Shown in pieces: positions 58,647-64,000 of a stretch of 64,000 bases of DNA. A program made the translations under genes and the position numbers. Origin of the DNA: a phage; NCBI GenBank assembly GCA_012401045.1, contig GCA_012401045.1_4704.1; one strand, 5' to 3'. Below the pieces are notes generated by a model. The model saw only the letters and a program-made list of their open reading frames with translations. It was not told the DNA's origin and did not search any database. The first letter of the stretch is position 1, and each line of letters starts with the position of its first letter.

Positions 58647-60235
58647 TTTATTTTTTTTCCTCTTAAATTTACTACGTGTTCATTTAATCGAACAACTAAT
58701 TGCACAAGCTGCTGACGGATATCTGCTGGACAAAGCATCAATCCTTTACGGTCAGCTGGGACTTTCTCAAGGATTTCCGGGCCTGCTGCTGAAACATCCC
58801 AGTCCCATTCACAAAACGCATCGGCCACCATGTTAATACCGACAACCGGTAAAGTTGTACGTTCATCTTCATACATGGCGTGTGGATACAATTTATTGAC
58901 AGTAATGATCTCCTGTGGTTTTAATTGGTGGATAATCTGATAAACATCGTCGCGTTTGACCTGGATACCTACGGTCAGCGCGGCCAGTTGAGGAAAACCC
59001 CAATGGTCTAACAAACAAGCTGCGATCGCTAACGCTTTTGCCTGATGCACGGCTTCAATCGGTGCCAGACTTCTCGCCGGAAGATGGCTATCAAGCAACC
59101 ATTGCGCCAGTGCTCGGCATCCGCGGTTGATTGGTTTTAACTCAACGGTGTCATCGTGTTTAGCGTACGTGTATCCGTCGTAACGTTTTGCGATACGCGC
59201 ATACATGTCTTCAACTTTACCGTAAGGTGCCGTTTCGTCGACGTCGTGCAACACACGTTCCATCTGGGTAAGATACGCAATGTCGAGAATGAGTACACGT
59301 GGTGAACGTTTATCTTTCACCATCAACGCATCAATCACGCCTTGACTGTCTTCATCTTGCGCATTCCCTCGCGGCGTTTTCTCGCGAATCGGTCCGCTGA
59401 AACGTCGTTCCGTACAAAGGTTATTCACATAGCTGAAGATCAGTGTTACTAGATGCGTACAACTCACTAACACCCCATCTTTAACGACAGGCTGTACAGC
59501 TTGGTCCAAGTCGCGTACGGCGAGACGGCGGACGATGGCTTGTGAACGCAACCAGCCGGGCACTTTCTCCGTCGACATGTAATCCACGGTCATCGACAGC
59601 GTGATCTTTTTATCACCCGTCTGTGCGCGGATATAGTCTTCCAGTCGGTCGTAAGCGGCGATATCATGAATGCGTGTTTTATACATCAACGACATAGCCA
59701 CTTCTTCTTTACGAACCGTTCCGTACGTTTTCCCTGCGTCAATCAGAAACTCTGCCCAAATCGGCACCATCAGACGGACGTAGATCGCTAACGCCGTTAA
59801 CTCAACGTAATCATTTCGTAAATAGGTTTTCTCAGGTATGTCATCCTCACCTAATGTTGTTTTCATGTCCGGTGGTAATTTTACCCAACCTGGGGTATTA
59901 CACAATGCCAGAATCTCTTCGTACACAACCGGTTTGTAAATTTCACCAACAGCGCGACTCAACTCCTCCATTTGTTGTTGTGGAGCAATGTAGTTATCCA
60001 TCGCTTCACGTGCTTTAACGAACCCTTCGAAGATGTCGTCAATTCGACGTGGGTTCTTTTGTTCTATCCAGGCGAGATACTTGTTAATCTCCCGCATCTG
60101 ATTGCTAGCCATATCCCCATCAATCTTGATGTAACCCTGACCTGAAAATTCCACAGTACGTCCATCACGGTGTTTGATGAGATAGTGATCCAGCTTTTCT
60201 TTTCCTTGCGTCGTAATGACGGGCACTATGTGCAT
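58643..60235 (-). CDS. hypothetical protein
   Basis: Track ORF trimmed to ATG at 60235 with AGAGG RBS; conserved motif ~56 nt upstream. Confidence 0.5.
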   Translation of the reverse strand: MHIVPVITTQGKEKLDHYLIKHRDGRTVEFSGQGYIKIDGDMASNQMREINKYLAWIEQKNPRRIDDIFEGFVKAREAMDNYIAPQQQMEELSRAVGEIYKPVVYEEILALCNTPGWVKLPPDMKTTLGEDDIPEKTYLRNDYVELTALAIYVRLMVPIWAEFLIDAGKTYGTVRKEEVAMSLMYKTRIHDIAAYDRLEDYIRAQTGDKKITLSMTVDYMSTEKVPGWLRSQAIVRRLAVRDLDQAVQPVVKDGVLVSCTHLVTLIFSYVNNLCTERRFSGPIREKTPRGNAQDEDSQGVIDALMVKDKRSPRVLILDIAYLTQMERVLHDVDETAPYGKVEDMYARIAKRYDGYTYAKHDDTVELKPINRGCRALAQWLLDSHLPARSLAPIEAVHQAKALAIAACLLDHWGFPQLAALTVGIQVKRDDVYQIIHQLKPQEIITVNKLYPHAMYEDERTTLPVVGINMVADAFCEWDWDVSAAGPEILEKVPADRKGLMLCPADIRQQLVQLVVRLNEHVVNLRGKKIK

Positions 60236-60290
60236 AACAACCTCTTTTCGCGGTTCCCTGTTAAAACGTCTTCTGTGACGTCTACCACAA

Positions 60291-60310
60291 AGGTAATATA
60301 AGCGTGAATA
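60291..60310 (-). promoter_or_regulatory. conserved upstream motif copy 3 (candidate phage promoter)
   Basis: AGGTAATATAAGCGTGAATA shares the GTAATATA-N3-GTGAA core; ~56 nt upstream of the start codon at 60235. Confidence 0.35.
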
Positions 60311-60439
60311 ATTTTGGATTCCGGCTGAGTTATCGCTCAGCATGCAAGGCATCCCGCCGAAGCGAGACACCTTGCACTAACGGAAAATATTCGCGTTACC
60401 TTCTGAATCGAAGACTCAGAATGCGATGCTAAAGCATGA

Positions 60440-61231
60440 TTAGAACGCTAAGCCATCAAAGGCTACGGACGGATCATCGTCGTCATTTGCGCTTGGCGCA
60501 TCCCAACGGGTATCAGGGGCCGCTGAAGCCGAACTTGATGCGTTAGAGTTACCGTTGTACTGGCCGTTACCAGCATTACGGTTACCGCCGCCGTTGTTAT
60601 TGTTACGGTTATAGCTATTGTTGCCACCATTACTTACGCTACGGCTTTCACCGTCTAAATTGGTTGCGAGGATGCTCGGCAACACTGCGCGATGAATACG
60701 TACAAATTCCAACGCACAAAGCGGAGAAACAACCCCGATCTGTAAAGGTTGCCCAGACTCATCAACCAGAGCGTGGAAACGCGGTGGCTTGAATACGAAT
60801 TGGATGTTCGGTTTTTGGTACGCGGTTACAGCGATATATACCGAACCATCATCGTTCTTACCAACCCATGTTGTACTTTCGGTAATCTGTTTCTTCTTAC
60901 CTGGATTATTGCGATCGTCGATAACCTTTTCGTTCTTCATCGCAAAACGTTGGCCTGGCTTACCCTTAGCAACCTGCTCGAGGATCGCAAGCAGGTTATA
61001 GAACGCGTATGAACTCATGCGTGCCCAAATGCTTTCGGCGCGACCCTGCTGGTCTTTACGACCTGTATAAACCGTGATGCGCGGTTGATTCTTAGCAACG
61101 CTAATTTTCAATGAGGGGATTGAATTACCGCCCTCAACCTTTTCGTCCGCCCACAGTTTCCAGTTGTTGTCGTCATACGCTGTAGGAATAATGTTTCCTT
61201 GTGGTTTACTGCCCGAATTCCAATTGCTCAT
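60440..61231 (-). CDS. putative single-stranded DNA-binding protein
   Basis: Gly/Asn-rich linker (GGNNSYNRNNNNGGGNRNAGNGQYNGNSN) followed by acidic tail DDDDPSVAFDGLAF ending in Phe, as in SSB and T7 gp2.5-type proteins. Confidence 0.45.
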   Translation of the reverse strand: MSNWNSGSKPQGNIIPTAYDDNNWKLWADEKVEGGNSIPSLKISVAKNQPRITVYTGRKDQQGRAESIWARMSSYAFYNLLAILEQVAKGKPGQRFAMKNEKVIDDRNNPGKKKQITESTTWVGKNDDGSVYIAVTAYQKPNIQFVFKPPRFHALVDESGQPLQIGVVSPLCALEFVRIHRAVLPSILATNLDGESRSVSNGGNNSYNRNNNNGGGNRNAGNGQYNGNSNASSSASAAPDTRWDAPSANDDDDPSVAFDGLAF

Positions 61232-61304
61232 TTTCAGCCTCGTTACGTAGTGTGAATCAATTTCTGGTTCAGATGATAGTTAATATTAGTTAAAAATTAC
61301 AGCC

Positions 61305-62138
61305 TCAGCGGAACATGTCCAACAGAAAACGTTTTGCAAAGGGGTCACGTAACTGGTTGACACCAAAGCGTGTACGGTCTTCCGTTGTTAATGGATTCCA
61401 CTGACTCTGTTTCGCAAGATCTAACAGCATCCTTTTTATTTTCACCGGCCCGCTATTGAACTGTACGGCTTGGTCACCGAACGTTCCCAATGTCATCTTT
61501 GTAAATGGAAGATTCGCAACCTCTGGACGATCCCCACCAGTAAGTTTAGTCGACCACTGATGTTTTCGTTTCAAGGTTCCGGTATGGCTCTCCACCAAAA
61601 TAAGTTCACCAAAACCGGTTCTTGCCAACAAGTCAGAAACATAGTGCGTGGTGATATACGATGTCTTGGTTATCGTGGGTAATTTACAATCCATCGATTC
61701 GATATTAGGGAGTCGATCTACAGACGCCATCAACCCACGATAAAGTGTAGCGAGTCCTTTTTGTTTTTCGGTGTGTGGCTCCTTATGTAAAGCGTGCGGA
61801 TAAACACGCTTTATTGATGCGTAGGTTGGCGCATATATCCGCAAACGAATATGGGGAACGAGTTCATTCACCAACTGCCTTAGCTGCAGTAACTCGTTTT
61901 GAAAATCCCCTGTTATCATCGATAACGGTAATTTATGTTGTTCAACGTCTTCAAAGCTTTCAACAAAATTGCGTGCTAAAGTGCGCAGGTTGAACAACCA
62001 ATCCATCGGTGTTTCTGGCTGTTGCTGTACTGCTGATAGTGTTGCTGACGTCCCTACCGATAAAGGATAATCACCTAACGTGCGGGCGTACATATTGCTC
62101 ATACCCCACAACTCCTTCTTATCATGGCAACGTATCAA
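61305..62138 (-). CDS. hypothetical protein
   Basis: 277-aa ORF immediately downstream of the SbcD-like gene. Confidence 0.45.
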   Translation of the reverse strand: MIRCHDKKELWGMSNMYARTLGDYPLSVGTSATLSAVQQQPETPMDWLFNLRTLARNFVESFEDVEQHKLPLSMITGDFQNELLQLRQLVNELVPHIRLRIYAPTYASIKRVYPHALHKEPHTEKQKGLATLYRGLMASVDRLPNIESMDCKLPTITKTSYITTHYVSDLLARTGFGELILVESHTGTLKRKHQWSTKLTGGDRPEVANLPFTKMTLGTFGDQAVQFNSGPVKIKRMLLDLAKQSQWNPLTTEDRTRFGVNQLRDPFAKRFLLDMFR

Positions 62139-63264
62139 GCCAAGCAGAAACCTTTAAGGCATCAACGTTCGGGTATTTATTACGAATGCGTTCGACCAAC
62201 AAACGCTTAACGTTGTCCTTTGTCAAGTCTCCACCTTTCTCGATAACGTTATTGACAAAACTGTTCTTTAATAGCGACTGGTTGTTCTTGGCGTCCGTTT
62301 TAATTGACCAAACGAAGCCTGGATACAAAGAAGGGATAGAACGAAACGTTTTCGCCGCATCGTCTTCCTTATCGCAGCGTATTCGGATATGATCACCCTT
62401 CTTCAATGGAGCCAATTCCCGTTCCAACACACGGACAATTTCATCTCCAACAAGACCATGCAGTTTTATCGTCTTGTAGACATCTGCTTTCTTGTTTTCA
62501 ACAAATTCCCACTGGTCGTTAAACGTTTCCGTTAACATATAACGGAGATACCCTTTTGGACCTTCTTCACCGTGCGCCAAGCGACCGAACGAACCGCCAA
62601 CCATGATACGTCCTTTCTGGGATTGTAAGTGAATATGTCCACTCACGATCCATCCCTGGGTCTTCTCCACCATTGCGTTATACGCATCGCTGCTATGAAC
62701 ACATGTCGCTTTTAACGCTTCTGGTGGAAGCTGATATTCGAACGCGCCATGCATCAGAATGAAGTCAGGCGATCCCTTCTCATCAATAAGTCGGTTCACA
62801 GCCGACAACGTCACATCCGGATCGTGGCTGTAGTTATCTGGAAGATAAAGTACTTTTAAACCAAAGTCTTCATCAACCATGCAGAGATCATCGTAATAAC
62901 GAACTTTCGCTCCTATTTCCATGACCTCGTTCTGTTCAACGAACCACTGACTTTGCTTCTGGTCGTGTAAGTTGGTACCCTCAAGAAAGATCAACGTAAT
63001 ATCGTGTTTTCTTGCATACCGTAACAACCAGGTACCCCAGGCACGAACAGCAACCACGTCACTCGTTACAAATGTCGTAATGCGATCGAAGACATCGCCA
63101 CTGAACGTAATCACATCAAGCAGCGCAGGATCTTCTTTTGTAATGTAATAACGCAGCTGGCTAATCAGGTTTACTGTCGGTGTTTGACGATGGATAAAGT
63201 GAATATCCGACAAGTTGATTCCACGTAATACCCCAGGCGTTTTATTTCGACTGAAGTCGCGCAT
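62122..63264 (-). CDS. SbcD/Mre11-like metallophosphoesterase nuclease
   Basis: Ordered motifs INLSDIHF (D-x-H), SGDVFDR (GD..D), EGTNLHD (GN-H/E-like), ILMHGAF and SGHIHLQ (GH-H). Confidence 0.7.
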   Translation of the reverse strand: MRDFSRNKTPGVLRGINLSDIHFIHRQTPTVNLISQLRYYITKEDPALLDVITFSGDVFDRITTFVTSDVVAVRAWGTWLLRYARKHDITLIFLEGTNLHDQKQSQWFVEQNEVMEIGAKVRYYDDLCMVDEDFGLKVLYLPDNYSHDPDVTLSAVNRLIDEKGSPDFILMHGAFEYQLPPEALKATCVHSSDAYNAMVEKTQGWIVSGHIHLQSQKGRIMVGGSFGRLAHGEEGPKGYLRYMLTETFNDQWEFVENKKADVYKTIKLHGLVGDEIVRVLERELAPLKKGDHIRIRCDKEDDAAKTFRSIPSLYPGFVWSIKTDAKNNQSLLKNSFVNNVIEKGGDLTKDNVKRLLVERIRNKYPNVDALKVSAWLDTLP

Positions 63265-63998
63265 CAGAATTCCTCTAAGTTGCTGCTGCTAATAGTCCCC
63301 GTCGTAGACGGCATGTTTCTACTACCCACCGACGCAGTTGTTGAAGAAGTTCTGGTCAGATTCAATCCGTTTAATAACCCACGCTCTTTTACCGTACGAC
63401 GTGAACCATCACGAACGTCGTAAAGGGGTACGTTATAATGGTCAAAAATCCGAAGCCATTGCACGTAATCAGCAACAACGTGGTCTTTGCTTTCATTCGG
63501 GGCAAAGCGATCAAGCTGATGGTCGACGTAAGCTTTAGCGCTTTCAGGATTGAAGTTATACTGTCGACGTGCTTTGTCCACCATCGCGAGGAAACATGTG
63601 TTGGGGTCACGATTGATGTATGAACGCGTCCGGATAAAGATAGCCGGTACCGTAAACAGAACCTTGTCGTTATTCCCATCAGCAACGATGTTAACCGCAC
63701 GATGCGGTTGGCCTGCTATCTTACACCAATCGTGAACAATGGTGCTATTACTCAGCATCTCCGCGTATTCAGGATCCTGGGAAAACATTCCTGCGAACGG
63801 ATACAAGAAATGTTTAACGAACAGCGATTCAGGCAGGATGTTGGGACGCGTCATCTCCTGTAAACCTTTTCGTAGAAGCTCGCTATTGTCTACCAGCTCC
63901 TGCCACATGTCCGGTCGTGTTTTCGGGATGGACGGATCCTGAGCGCGGCGAATGCGCTCTTCCTCATTTACAACCACTACCCCAGCCGGATACCCCAA
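63264..63998 (-). CDS. hypothetical protein, possibly truncated at window edge
   Basis: ORF reaches the last codons of the window; true start may lie beyond 64000. Confidence 0.4.
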   Translation of the reverse strand: MGYPAGVVVVNEEERIRRAQDPSIPKTRPDMWQELVDNSELLRKGLQEMTRPNILPESLFVKHFLYPFAGMFSQDPEYAEMLSNSTIVHDWCKIAGQPHRAVNIVADGNNDKVLFTVPAIFIRTRSYINRDPNTCFLAMVDKARRQYNFNPESAKAYVDHQLDRFAPNESKDHVVADYVQWLRIFDHYNVPLYDVRDGSRRTVKERGLLNGLNLTRTSSTTASVGSRNMPSTTGTISSSNLEEF

Positions 63999-64000
63999 TA

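Noticed and set aside
58643-60370. KIDGDM in the 575-aa ORF as a polymerase-type metal-binding motif.
   Set aside because: The first aspartate of the D-x-D-G-D triad is replaced and the segment falls within the probably untranslated N-terminal extension upstream of the preferred start at 60235.

Overview
Dense, almost entirely minus-strand coding sequence with short intergenic gaps, overlapping or coupled stops and starts, and hairpin terminators: this reads as part of a large virulent double-stranded DNA phage genome, not a bacterial chromosome. Calls rest on motifs read by eye; no database search was run. Recognisable content: (1) a fibre-like module at 31-6266 with a paralogue at 43948-45402 carrying DUF285/BspA-type repeats; (2) a lysis-like cassette at 8248-9908 with a signal-peptide SleB/CwlJ-type hydrolase; (3) DNA metabolism genes: NAD-dependent ligase, Dam methyltransferase, a second SAM methyltransferase, GNAT acetyltransferase, thymidylate synthase with two insertions, DnaQ-like exonuclease, metallophosphatase, HD-domain protein, SNF2-type helicase, an SF2 helicase whose P-loop is interrupted by an intein-like insertion, SSB-like protein and SbcD/Mre11-like nuclease; (4) a tandem array of six paralogous Myb/SANT-like helix-turn-helix proteins at 16054-18791; (5) about 25 small ORFs of unknown function at 21242-29511, including a family of small basic proteins sharing a KKGPGKGK-type motif. 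ThyA and Dam are close to enterobacterial versions, suggesting an Enterobacterales-like host. No rRNA, tRNA or CRISPR array was found. The most unusual signals are the putative intein, a G11 tract inside dam, the Myb-like array, the DUF285 fibre paralogues, a 20-nt motif repeated upstream of three genes, and a weak resemblance of a 723-aa protein to RNA polymerase beta.
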